Positions 26,156-35,559 of a stretch of DNA of 64,000 bases are shown here, in pieces; position 1 is the stretch's first letter, and the number at the start of each line of letters is the position of its first letter. Origin of the DNA: a virus. A model generated the notes under the pieces. It was not told where the DNA came from and did not search any database. It saw only the letters and a list, made by a program, of their open reading frames with translations. Both the position numbers and the translations under genes were made by a program. The DNA lies in the IMG/VR virus record IMGVR_UViG_3300021335_000004, one strand, 5' to 3'.

Positions 26156-28405
26156 ATGAGTAAAAGAATTGCATTTGTTTATCCGGCAAAGATAAACAAT
26201 CCAGAAAAAACACTAGCTAAATTTATGGATAAACATATCAGCGATGAAGTTGACTATGTATTTCTTTGTTCTCAAGAAAAAGAAAAAATCCTAAAAAAAG
26301 ACATAGATTGTGATATTGAAAAATTAAAACAAGACTATGAGATAGTAGTACCTATTGGCGCAGAAGCTCTAAAATATGTCTGTGGCCTTACAGGTATTAC
26401 AAAATACAATGGGGTGTTTATTGAAAAAAAATTCTTACCACTGATTAACCCTTCTATGATTGTATTTAAGCCACAATATGAAGAAGACATTATTAAAGCT
26501 TTTAATATGCTAAATAAAATTTTACTTGGCGAAGTAGACAATACTTCTCATAAAAAAGACTATAGATTTATTGATACTCGTTCAGAATTTGAAGAATATC
26601 TTAAAGCATTACAACAAGCAGATCCTATCGTTGTAGATATTGAAACTTCTGGTCTCAATCCAAGAAGTTCTAATATTCTTGGTATTGCTCTAAGTACTAA
26701 ACCACACGAAGGCATATACGCCTCTGCAGAAGTATGTCATGCCTATAAAGAACAACTACATGATTTGTTTAAAACTAGAAGATGTATTTTTCATAATGGC
26801 AAGTTTGATATGGGATTTTTAATTTATGAATTTGGGTTTGAATTTCCTAAATTTGATGACACAATGCTCATGCACTATTGTCTAGAAGAAGCTGTAGGTA
26901 CTCACGGCCTCAAACCTTTAGCATTAAGATTTACAGATCTTGGGGATTACGAAAAAGAATTAGACGACTATAAAAAAGTATTTTGTCGCAAAAATAAAAT
27001 CAAATTAGATCAATTTAATTATGGTATGATTCCTATTGATATTCTAGCCCCTTATGCGGAAAAAGATGCAGACGCTACTTTTCAGTTATATAACAAATTT
27101 TGGCCTTTAATCGACCGTAGTGAAGGTTTTTCAAGTTTATATAGAGATATTATGTTACCCGCGACATCTGCTCTTATGCGTCTTGAAAAAAACGGAGGTT
27201 ATATTGACACTTCTATGTTAGAAAAAGTAAAAGAAGGATATGAAATTGATATTGAAGAGTGTATCGAAGAAATATCAATGCATGAAGCAGTACAAAGATA
27301 TGAAAAATTAAATGAAAAGACTTTTAACCCAAATAGCACTATGCAGTTAAGAGAAGTATTTTTCAAAATACTTAGACTAAAATCTACTAAAAAGACATCG
27401 ACAGGGGCAGAATCTACAGATAAAGAAGTACTACAAGAATTAAACCACCCACTAGCAGAAGCAATTCTTGACTTACGTGAAAAAACTAAATTGACAAATA
27501 CTTATTTATCTAATATTCAAAACGGCACTGATCAAGATAGTCGTCTGCGTTCTGGGTTTAATATTCACGGAACTACATCTGGGCGCTTATCGTCAAGCGG
27601 CAATCTTAATTATCAAAATATTCCTCGTGATAATAAAGATATTAAAAAAATGTTTAAAGCTAGACCAGGTTTTAGAATAATGCAATGTGATTTACAAACA
27701 GCTGAAGTTTATTATGCAGCAGCATTGAGTGGTGATAAGTTTTTACAAAAAGCTTTTATTGAAAAGTTAGATTTCCATTCTTATATCGCTAAACAAATAT
27801 TTAATCTTCCTTGTGAAGTTGCGCAAGTAAAAAACACTTTTGCGGATAAACGTCAACACGCTAAAGCTATTACTTTTGGTATTATGTATCAAGCAGGCCC
27901 TGCTAAAGTTGCTGAAACAGCTGGGGTTGGGTTTCAAGAAGCAAAATCTTTCATTAACAAATATTTTAATGAAGCTTATAACCTTAAACGCTGGATTGAT
28001 TCTGCAAACAGACAAATTGAGAATAATGCTTATATCTATTCTTACTTTGGTCGTAAACGTAGATTACCCGAATCTCGTTCTCCAAACCAAGGTGTTGCTA
28101 AACATGCAGTACGTTCTGGGGTAAACTTTCTAGTTCAGTCTGTCGCATCAGATATTAATGTATTAGGATTAATTGATGCTATGAAATGGATTGATAACAA
28201 TAACTATCAAGACGATATTCTTCCGTTTACAGTAGTTCACGATTCAATTGTTGCCGAGGTTAGAGAAGATCTTTGCCATGATTGGGCTGTAAATTGTGTT
28301 AAAGCTTTACAAACTCCTAGAGGAGTAGAAATTGATGGGTGTCCTATTGGAGTAGATTTTGAAATCGGGGACAGTTGGGGAGAATTAGAAGGATTCACAG
28401 TATGA
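26156..28405 (+). CDS. polA: family A DNA polymerase with 3'-5' exonuclease and N-terminal UDG-like domain
   Basis: 'DIETSG', 'HNGKFD', 'GRLSSS..NYQNIPR', motif B 'RQHAKAITFGIMY', 'VHDSI'. Confidence 0.95.
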   Translation: MSKRIAFVYPAKINNPEKTLAKFMDKHISDEVDYVFLCSQEKEKILKKDIDCDIEKLKQDYEIVVPIGAEALKYVCGLTGITKYNGVFIEKKFLPLINPSMIVFKPQYEEDIIKAFNMLNKILLGEVDNTSHKKDYRFIDTRSEFEEYLKALQQADPIVVDIETSGLNPRSSNILGIALSTKPHEGIYASAEVCHAYKEQLHDLFKTRRCIFHNGKFDMGFLIYEFGFEFPKFDDTMLMHYCLEEAVGTHGLKPLALRFTDLGDYEKELDDYKKVFCRKNKIKLDQFNYGMIPIDILAPYAEKDADATFQLYNKFWPLIDRSEGFSSLYRDIMLPATSALMRLEKNGGYIDTSMLEKVKEGYEIDIEECIEEISMHEAVQRYEKLNEKTFNPNSTMQLREVFFKILRLKSTKKTSTGAESTDKEVLQELNHPLAEAILDLREKTKLTNTYLSNIQNGTDQDSRLRSGFNIHGTTSGRLSSSGNLNYQNIPRDNKDIKKMFKARPGFRIMQCDLQTAEVYYAAALSGDKFLQKAFIEKLDFHSYIAKQIFNLPCEVAQVKNTFADKRQHAKAITFGIMYQAGPAKVAETAGVGFQEAKSFINKYFNEAYNLKRWIDSANRQIENNAYIYSYFGRKRRLPESRSPNQGVAKHAVRSGVNFLVQSVASDINVLGLIDAMKWIDNNNYQDDILPFTVVHDSIVAEVREDLCHDWAVNCVKALQTPRGVEIDGCPIGVDFEIGDSWGELEGFTV

Positions 28406-28923
28406 TTAGTAAAATGATAGATACAATAAAATATCCAGCGTTTGCTTTAAAAGACGTACCTTATAAAGTATACTATAATGATACTAGTATAGTAATTACA
28501 AAACAACCCGGTGGTAAAGAGTATATGTTTGATATTATGGTTGATAATGTAAATTCTTATGTCGAAAGACTATTTTATATGGAAGAAGAAGTTGAAAACA
28601 GAATACAATTTGACTATACTATTCTAAATAGGGAACAATTAGTGTTTAGCTATGAAAATATAGAATGGTGTGTAGATTCAGATGGGAAAATTTTTAATCT
28701 TGGACACAAACAAAACCTACCAGTAGAGTGTAGAAAAGTTAAAACAGTAAAAGAAGATAAAATATGGTTAGAGAAAGTTCTACACTCATTTGAATTAAAA
28801 GTTCCTTTAGAAGAAAGTAATATTGATGAACTATGGGCTACTATAGTAATGATTAATAATGAATGGTTTATAAAAAACTTTTCATATGAATATAAAAAGT
28901 ATAGTAATTATTTAATTATATGA
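28402..28923 (+). CDS. hypothetical protein (T5-like gene following pol)
   Basis: ORF coupled to pol and helicase; 'VDSDGKIF' motif. Confidence 0.6.
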   Translation: MISKMIDTIKYPAFALKDVPYKVYYNDTSIVITKQPGGKEYMFDIMVDNVNSYVERLFYMEEEVENRIQFDYTILNREQLVFSYENIEWCVDSDGKIFNLGHKQNLPVECRKVKTVKEDKIWLEKVLHSFELKVPLEESNIDELWATIVMINNEWFIKNFSYEYKKYSNYLII

Positions 28924-30218
28924 TAGATAAAATAAAAATAAAATATGCGGAACTGTCAGATAAAATATATATTAACGGTACTCATATCAAAGACATAGAA
29001 AAGTTTGAAAGAGCATATAGTTACATACTAGATGATGTAACTTTTTATACCTATGAATATGATGAAGAAGAGGATATATATTCTGTTCCCTCAAACTCTT
29101 ATTATAAATTAGATATTGAAGATTATATTGATAATAGAAACTTTTTTCTTAACGAGAAAGATAAGCATTTTACTTTTGCAGGAGATCTTCGTCAGGAGCA
29201 ACAAGACGTAGTTGATTCATTCTTTAAAATAGGCAGAGTACGTAGTGGGCTATTTCAAGCACCTTGTGGGTGGGGAAAAACCTATGCTGCTTGTTCATTA
29301 ATATCGCAAGCAGATATGCCTACATTAATTATTGTTCATACTAAGTTGCTTTTTAAACAATGGCAACAAGAGTTAGAAAAATTAATTCCAAATTCTGTTA
29401 TAGGATCTATAGGAGATGGGGAATTTAAAGTAACTAATCTTACAGTCGGTATATATAAAAGTGTTCATAATAATATGGAACAAATTAAAAATAAGTTTAG
29501 TTTAATATTTGTAGACGAAGCGCACCTGTGTCCTGCTGATTTATTTTCTACTACAGTTAACAATATCAATTGTAAAATTAAGATAGCTGTTACTGCTACA
29601 CCCCGTAGAAAAGATGGTAAGCATATAGTATTAAATGATTTTTTTACTCCGTTTCGTGTTGTAGCTAGAGATGAAAAAGAACATGAAACACCTAGAATAC
29701 AGGTTATCAGTACAGACGTTTCTTTTAATGTTATTGAACCTAAAAGAGACTGGTCTAGACAAATGAATAAAGTAACCCAGAGTAAAGTGCTTCTTTCTCT
29801 TATAGCTAAAGAAGCAACTCAAGACATAGCTAATGGTAGATGTTTATTAATCTTATCAGAACGAGTAGATATGCTAAAAACTCTTCAAAAAATGATAAAT
29901 AAAAGTGTACTACTTATTGGAGAAACAGGAGAAGAAGATAGAAAAGATATATTAAAAACAGCAGGTTCTAAATATAAAGCTATTCTATCTACAAAAATAT
30001 TCGATGAAGGCATCTCTTGTCATAGATTAGATACTTTGTACTTAACTTGCCCTAATAATAATCCAATAAAATTAGAACAAAGAATAGGTAGAATTATTAG
30101 AGAACATCCAGATAAAAAAGTTCCTCTAATAAAAGATTTCTGGTTTAAAGGAGCCATTGTTAATAATCAACAAAGAAAGCGGCTAGCATGGTATCAAAGT
30201 AGGAACTATATATTATGA
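28920..30218 (+). CDS. SF2 helicase (T5 D10/UvsW-like)
   Basis: 'APCGWGKT', 'DEAH', 'TATPRRKDG', 'QRIGRIIR'. Confidence 0.92.
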   Translation: MIDKIKIKYAELSDKIYINGTHIKDIEKFERAYSYILDDVTFYTYEYDEEEDIYSVPSNSYYKLDIEDYIDNRNFFLNEKDKHFTFAGDLRQEQQDVVDSFFKIGRVRSGLFQAPCGWGKTYAACSLISQADMPTLIIVHTKLLFKQWQQELEKLIPNSVIGSIGDGEFKVTNLTVGIYKSVHNNMEQIKNKFSLIFVDEAHLCPADLFSTTVNNINCKIKIAVTATPRRKDGKHIVLNDFFTPFRVVARDEKEHETPRIQVISTDVSFNVIEPKRDWSRQMNKVTQSKVLLSLIAKEATQDIANGRCLLILSERVDMLKTLQKMINKSVLLIGETGEEDRKDILKTAGSKYKAILSTKIFDEGISCHRLDTLYLTCPNNNPIKLEQRIGRIIREHPDKKVPLIKDFWFKGAIVNNQQRKRLAWYQSRNYIL

Positions 30219-30661
30219 AGTATAAGTATAGCTGGTTTGACTTGAGAGTTAAATCCAACTACGAACCAGAAGCTATATTAATCTTGACATATGCCCTAAC
30301 AAAAAGCTATAATTCTATTATAGCCTGGAATTCAAAACACCTAATGAATTCTTTAAAAATTAATAGCATACCTAGTATACTATTTAAAAAAAATTTATTA
30401 ATCAATTCTAAAAAAGGCATCATAGGAAATTATACAATTAAATTTCCCGATGCTTACTTTAAGAATAAGAAATTTTTATTCTTAAATATTCCCTTAGAAT
30501 ATAAGATTAATTACATATATTTATTAGGCCATAGAAAAATGTCTAATAATAATGATTATCTAAATTTAAATACTTTTAGAAACGAAATTGTAGCAAATTT
30601 AGATAATCCACTGTTAAAACACGGAAAAAACAACCTAAAATTCATATACGAAGGAGAATGA
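30215..30661 (+). CDS. hypothetical protein
   Basis: 148 aa ORF coupled to D10. Confidence 0.6.
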   Translation: MKYKYSWFDLRVKSNYEPEAILILTYALTKSYNSIIAWNSKHLMNSLKINSIPSILFKKNLLINSKKGIIGNYTIKFPDAYFKNKKFLFLNIPLEYKINYIYLLGHRKMSNNNDYLNLNTFRNEIVANLDNPLLKHGKNNLKFIYEGE

Positions 30662-30664
30662 TAA

Positions 30665-31318
30665 ATGGTATCATGGGACAAAACACAAGGAATCAAATCA
30701 CAAGGCTCTGGGGAGAGAAAAGAAATTCAAAGAATTACTCTTCAAAACGGAGATAATAAAATTAGACTAGTTGGTGAAGTAATGCCTCGCTATGTTTATT
30801 GGCTTACTACTAAAGACGGAAAACGTATGCCTGTTGAATGTTTAAAATTTGATAGAAACAACGAACAATTTTCAGGGACAGAAGATCCTTTTGACGAAAT
30901 ATCTCAAGATATTTATGCTGATAAACCGCAATTTGCTTATGTATGTAACGTAATTGATCGTAACGACAATCAAGTAAAACTTTTTGATTTAAAAGCAACT
31001 ATTTATCGTCAGATTGTTGATTTTGCAAAAGATTCAGAATATGGAAACCCTGCTGACGACACTAGCGGTTACGACATCACTATTGTGAAGGAGAAAACCG
31101 GACCTCTTCCTCAAAACGTAAAATATACTGTTAGACCAGCTCGCGCCTCTACAGCATTAACTGATTCTGAGAAAGAAGCAGAACTTTTTGAATTAGATAG
31201 AATTTATAAAAGACCAGACTATACAGAACAAAAACGTTGGCTACTAGAAAATACTACTCTATTTGCGGGTGATGATGATAATTCTTTCTCACCAGAAAGC
31301 GTTGAGGATCTAGACTAA
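30665..31318 (+). CDS. T5 D11-like ssDNA-binding protein
   Basis: 'RLVGEVMPRYVYW', 'KTGPLPQNVKY', acidic C-terminal tail. Confidence 0.8.
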   Translation: MVSWDKTQGIKSQGSGERKEIQRITLQNGDNKIRLVGEVMPRYVYWLTTKDGKRMPVECLKFDRNNEQFSGTEDPFDEISQDIYADKPQFAYVCNVIDRNDNQVKLFDLKATIYRQIVDFAKDSEYGNPADDTSGYDITIVKEKTGPLPQNVKYTVRPARASTALTDSEKEAELFELDRIYKRPDYTEQKRWLLENTTLFAGDDDNSFSPESVEDLD

Positions 31319-32169
31319 TGGCAAAAAAATATAAGCTCTCTGATATTTTAGAAGAGAATACAAAATCAAATAGTAAACAAACTCCAAAGAAAAATGACGG
31401 AGATTCGATGTCTTTACCTGCCGCAATTAAACACGTAGAAGGGAATCAAGTAACTATAGATACATCTCTGCTTAGGCAGCATAATATATTTTTCGCTACT
31501 CCTTGTTACGGAGGGCTTATAACTGACCAATTTTTCTTAAGCATGTTTAAAACGACACAAACATTAATACAACACGGTATTAATTTTAGACTTACTACTT
31601 TAAGAAATGAGAGTTTAATTTCTAGAGCAAGAAACATTCTTACAGCTATGTTTTTAGAGAGTAATTGTACTCATTTAATGTTTATTGATGCTGATATTGA
31701 ATGGGAACAAGATGCTATCATTAGAATGTTAGCGATGGATAAAGATCTTATTGCAGGAGCATATCCTAAAAAAACTTTACCAATTGATTATGCTATTAAT
31801 CTAAAATTTGTTGATGAAGCACGTAAACAAGTAAGAGTAGAAAACGGCGCAGTTGAAGTACTAGATGCATCAACAGGGTTTTTCTTGGTTAAAAGAACAG
31901 TTATTGAACAGATGATTGAATCTTACCCAGAATTATTCTATGTAAATGATAGTTCAATTGATCCTAAATATAATAAATATTGTTACTCTTTCTTTGATAC
32001 TATTCACGATCCTGATGATAATAGATATTTATCTGAAGACTACACTTTCTGTCGTCGTTGGCAAAAAATTGGAGGAGAAATCTGGTTAGACCCTAATACC
32101 AAACTTAATCATGTTGGTAGTTACACTTTTCAAGGTGATGTTAATAAGGTTTTTAATTGGGATAGATAA
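31318..32169 (+). CDS. GT-A-like glycosyltransferase-related protein
   Basis: 'ATPCYGG', 'NESLISRARN', 'FIDADI', 'SEDYTFCRRW'. Confidence 0.7.
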   Translation: MAKKYKLSDILEENTKSNSKQTPKKNDGDSMSLPAAIKHVEGNQVTIDTSLLRQHNIFFATPCYGGLITDQFFLSMFKTTQTLIQHGINFRLTTLRNESLISRARNILTAMFLESNCTHLMFIDADIEWEQDAIIRMLAMDKDLIAGAYPKKTLPIDYAINLKFVDEARKQVRVENGAVEVLDASTGFFLVKRTVIEQMIESYPELFYVNDSSIDPKYNKYCYSFFDTIHDPDDNRYLSEDYTFCRRWQKIGGEIWLDPNTKLNHVGSYTFQGDVNKVFNWDR

Positions 32170-33134
32170 TGACAAAAATATTACACTCAGCTGATTGGCA
32201 TATTAATCTTCATAAGAAAAAAGTACCTATTGAGTGGCAAGAAAAACGCTTCAGGCTCATGTTTGAGAAACTGCATGAGCTTGAAGATTCTTGTGATATT
32301 CATATAATAGCAGGAGATGTTTTTGATAGAAAACCTGAACCTGATGAAATATGTTTATTTCTTTCTTATATAAATTGTGTTTCTATACCTACTTATATAA
32401 TTCCAGGTAATCATGAAGCAACTAAAAAAGGCGAAACTTTTCTAGAACATTTTTTAGAAGACGCTGTTATAACCAATACTAATGTAAGATTGTTTACAAA
32501 AAATAAAAGAATCAAAGAACCTGCCCAACCAGGAATTCAGTTTTGGCCATACGGAGAGTTACAACTTGATAACTTACCAGAATATGTAGAAGGTGATATA
32601 TTAGTTGGTCATATTAGAGGAGAAGTTCCTCCTCATATCACTGCTGAATATGATTTTGAAAAACTTAGAAAATGGGGATTAATACTTCTCGGAGACATCC
32701 ATTTTCATCACAGATATCAAGATTATGGGGCTTGGTATAGTGGAAGTCCTATAAATACTCATTTTGATAGAGACGAGTCTAAAGAATACGGAGTCAATGT
32801 TATAGATTTTATTGATAGTGCTAATTATGCAGTAAAGTTTGTAGATTTAAATCTTCCAAAATTAATTAGAAAAACTATTAAAATAGAAGAAGAAATGATT
32901 CCTAATGATTTTCATCATGTTATTTATGAAGTTGTTGGCTCTATTGATGAATTGTCTAAGATTAAAAACTCTGAATTATTAGACAAGAAAGTTTCGTATG
33001 AACCCACAGAAGAATCTAAATTAGATTTGAAAAACTTAAATACTTATGAAGAATTAAAACTTTATTTAAAGTATATGAAAGTTTCGGATATTGAAGGAAC
33101 TTTAAAAGAATACATTGATTTGAAAGCACAATAA
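32169..33134 (+). CDS. SbcD/Mre11-like nuclease (T5 D12)
   Basis: 'SADWH', 'AGDVFD', 'PGNHE', 'GDIH'. Confidence 0.9.
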   Translation: MTKILHSADWHINLHKKKVPIEWQEKRFRLMFEKLHELEDSCDIHIIAGDVFDRKPEPDEICLFLSYINCVSIPTYIIPGNHEATKKGETFLEHFLEDAVITNTNVRLFTKNKRIKEPAQPGIQFWPYGELQLDNLPEYVEGDILVGHIRGEVPPHITAEYDFEKLRKWGLILLGDIHFHHRYQDYGAWYSGSPINTHFDRDESKEYGVNVIDFIDSANYAVKFVDLNLPKLIRKTIKIEEEMIPNDFHHVIYEVVGSIDELSKIKNSELLDKKVSYEPTEESKLDLKNLNTYEELKLYLKYMKVSDIEGTLKEYIDLKAQ

Positions 33135-33713
33135 ATGATTAACTTACAACCTTTATTATCTAATAATACACATTCAGATCCGTATTCCTTCTTTTTAGGT
33201 GCAAAAATACCTAAATGGGATATCTATAAAAACGATGTTGTCAATTTTTCTGTCAAAACTTTTAAAAAAGATTATAATCCTACAAAAGGTTATAATGTTT
33301 TATTAGATCCTAACGAGTTAAATATTATCAATACTATATATGATGATTTTTTAAAAATATGTTTTCATAATTTTGATAATATAAATGTAGTACCCCATAA
33401 CAGAAAAATTATGTGGGCATACGTACAAAATAAAGAAAGATATAATTCAGTTTGGCACAATCATAAAAATACTACGACTATTAATGCAGTATGGTATCCA
33501 AGTGTTCCAGACGAGTCTGGGACTCTCTCTATAAGAGACGGAGAAGGAATAGGTGATATCGCTGTTAAAGAAGGTTGGATATATTTTTGGCCTTATTGGA
33601 TGGATCACAAACCAAATCCTCAAAAACACTCTATGGATTGGAGAGTCAGTATAAATATTGAATTATTATCTGATACTCGCCCATCTTTTAAACCCACTAA
33701 CACGCTATGGTAA
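33135..33713 (+). CDS. putative 2OG-Fe(II) oxygenase
   Basis: 'WHNH', 'FWPYWMDH', 'WRVSIN'. Confidence 0.65.
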   Translation: MINLQPLLSNNTHSDPYSFFLGAKIPKWDIYKNDVVNFSVKTFKKDYNPTKGYNVLLDPNELNIINTIYDDFLKICFHNFDNINVVPHNRKIMWAYVQNKERYNSVWHNHKNTTTINAVWYPSVPDESGTLSIRDGEGIGDIAVKEGWIYFWPYWMDHKPNPQKHSMDWRVSINIELLSDTRPSFKPTNTLW

Positions 33714-33718
33714 TTTAA

Positions 33719-35548
33719 ATGTCTATTATTTTAAAAGAATTAAAGTTCTCTAATATGTTTAGTTATGGAGAGAATAATAAAATAAGTTTTAATAAGAACA
33801 GAATAACTCAATTAACCGCCCCTAACGGAAGTGGAAAATCAAGCATTGCTTTAATTTTACAAGAAGTATTATATAATAAAAATATTAAAGGCATCAAAAA
33901 AGGAGATATTTTAAATAGACACAGTACTTCAAAAAATTGGGGCGCGTCCTTATCTTTCTCAAGCCTTAATAAAGAATATGTTGTGGAAATAAAAAGAACA
34001 GGTGCAACTACTAAAGTAAAATTTCTTGAGAACGAGACAGACTTAAGTGAACACAAAGTGTTAGATACTTATAAAAAAATTAATGAAATTATTGGGTTAG
34101 ACTTTGAAGTATTTTCACAACTTACTTATCAATCTTCTACTGATTTGTTAGAGTTTCTTAAAGCAACAGACACAAATAGAAAAAAATTCTTAATAAACCT
34201 ATTTAATCTAGAAAAATATATTACTATTGGAGAAGCTATAAAAGTAAAATTAAATAGTTCTGATAGAGAACAACTAAAACTCGAAGGCGAACTAAAAGGT
34301 GTTGTTAATTTTTTAGAGAGTACTACTATTGAAGAAGAAAAAGAAACAATTAAGGTTCCTAATATAGACGATACTTTAAGAAACTCGGTTGCCAGATTAG
34401 AAAATGAATTAGCAGATTATAATGATTTATGTAAAAAAATTGATAAAAATAATATGCTAATAGATGAAAGAAATTCTTTGTCTTTTGATGTCGCAATGAC
34501 AGAGCCAGAATACAAAATATATGATAATTTACAATCTGAAATTACAAAAATACAAACAGAAATACAATCTATAGATAAAGATATAGCTAAAGGAAATAAA
34601 AGTTTATCTGATTTAGATACAGCAGATACTTGTTACGCCTGTGGTCAAGCGCTTGATAATACTCATGCTGTTCAAATGAAAGAAAAACTTTGGAATGATA
34701 TAAATGATTTTACTCAACACAGGAATGTAGCCAGAGAAAAATTATTTGAATTAAAAATTCAAAAAAACGAGATTCAATCAGAAATTGATGTGTTTTTAAT
34801 TAATCAAAAAGCAGCTGAGAGATTTGAAAATCTTTCTCAGTTAATCGATTTTTCTTTACAAACTGATTATCCAGATTATTCTGATATTCAAAACAGATTA
34901 ACAATTACAAAAGAAGAATTAAATAAACAAGAAAAAATTTATAAAGAAGCAACTGAGCATAACGAACAAGTAAAAATACATAATACTAAGGTTGAAGCTC
35001 TAAAAGAGCAAAAAATACAATTTACAAATAGACAAAAGCTATTAGATAATGATATTATTATTTTACAAAATAAAAATAAACATTTAAATATTCTTAAAAA
35101 AGCTTTCAGCACTACAGGTATTGTTGCTTTTAAATTAGAGAATTTAACAAAAGAACTTGAAGAACAAATAAACCAGTATTTATCAGAACTATCTGATGGA
35201 CAGTTTCAAGTTATTTTTAGATTAGCAGGTGAAAAATTAAATATTGTTGTAATAAACAATGGTATTGAAACACCAATAGAAACTGTTTCAGGAGGAGAGT
35301 TCAGTCGAATTCAAACTTCCATACTATTAGCAATTAGAAAGGTTATGTCCAAGATCGGGGGTAATCACGTAAATCTATTATTCTTGGACGAAATAACAGG
35401 AGTACTAGACGATGAAGGTAAAGAAAAGTTAATAGAAGTACTAAGAGAAGAAGATGGTTTAAATGTTTTCTTAATATCTCACGATTTCACACACCCTTTA
35501 ATTGATAAAATTCAAATTAAAAAAGAAAATAATGTAAGTACTATATAG
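33719..35548 (+). CDS. SbcC/Rad50-like ATPase (T5 D13)
   Basis: 'NGSGKSS', Zn hook 'CYACG', 'SGGE', 'FLDE'. Confidence 0.92.
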   Translation: MSIILKELKFSNMFSYGENNKISFNKNRITQLTAPNGSGKSSIALILQEVLYNKNIKGIKKGDILNRHSTSKNWGASLSFSSLNKEYVVEIKRTGATTKVKFLENETDLSEHKVLDTYKKINEIIGLDFEVFSQLTYQSSTDLLEFLKATDTNRKKFLINLFNLEKYITIGEAIKVKLNSSDREQLKLEGELKGVVNFLESTTIEEEKETIKVPNIDDTLRNSVARLENELADYNDLCKKIDKNNMLIDERNSLSFDVAMTEPEYKIYDNLQSEITKIQTEIQSIDKDIAKGNKSLSDLDTADTCYACGQALDNTHAVQMKEKLWNDINDFTQHRNVAREKLFELKIQKNEIQSEIDVFLINQKAAERFENLSQLIDFSLQTDYPDYSDIQNRLTITKEELNKQEKIYKEATEHNEQVKIHNTKVEALKEQKIQFTNRQKLLDNDIIILQNKNKHLNILKKAFSTTGIVAFKLENLTKELEEQINQYLSELSDGQFQVIFRLAGEKLNIVVINNGIETPIETVSGGEFSRIQTSILLAIRKVMSKIGGNHVNLLFLDEITGVLDDEGKEKLIEVLREEDGLNVFLISHDFTHPLIDKIQIKKENNVSTI

Positions 35549-35559
35549 GATTATATAAA

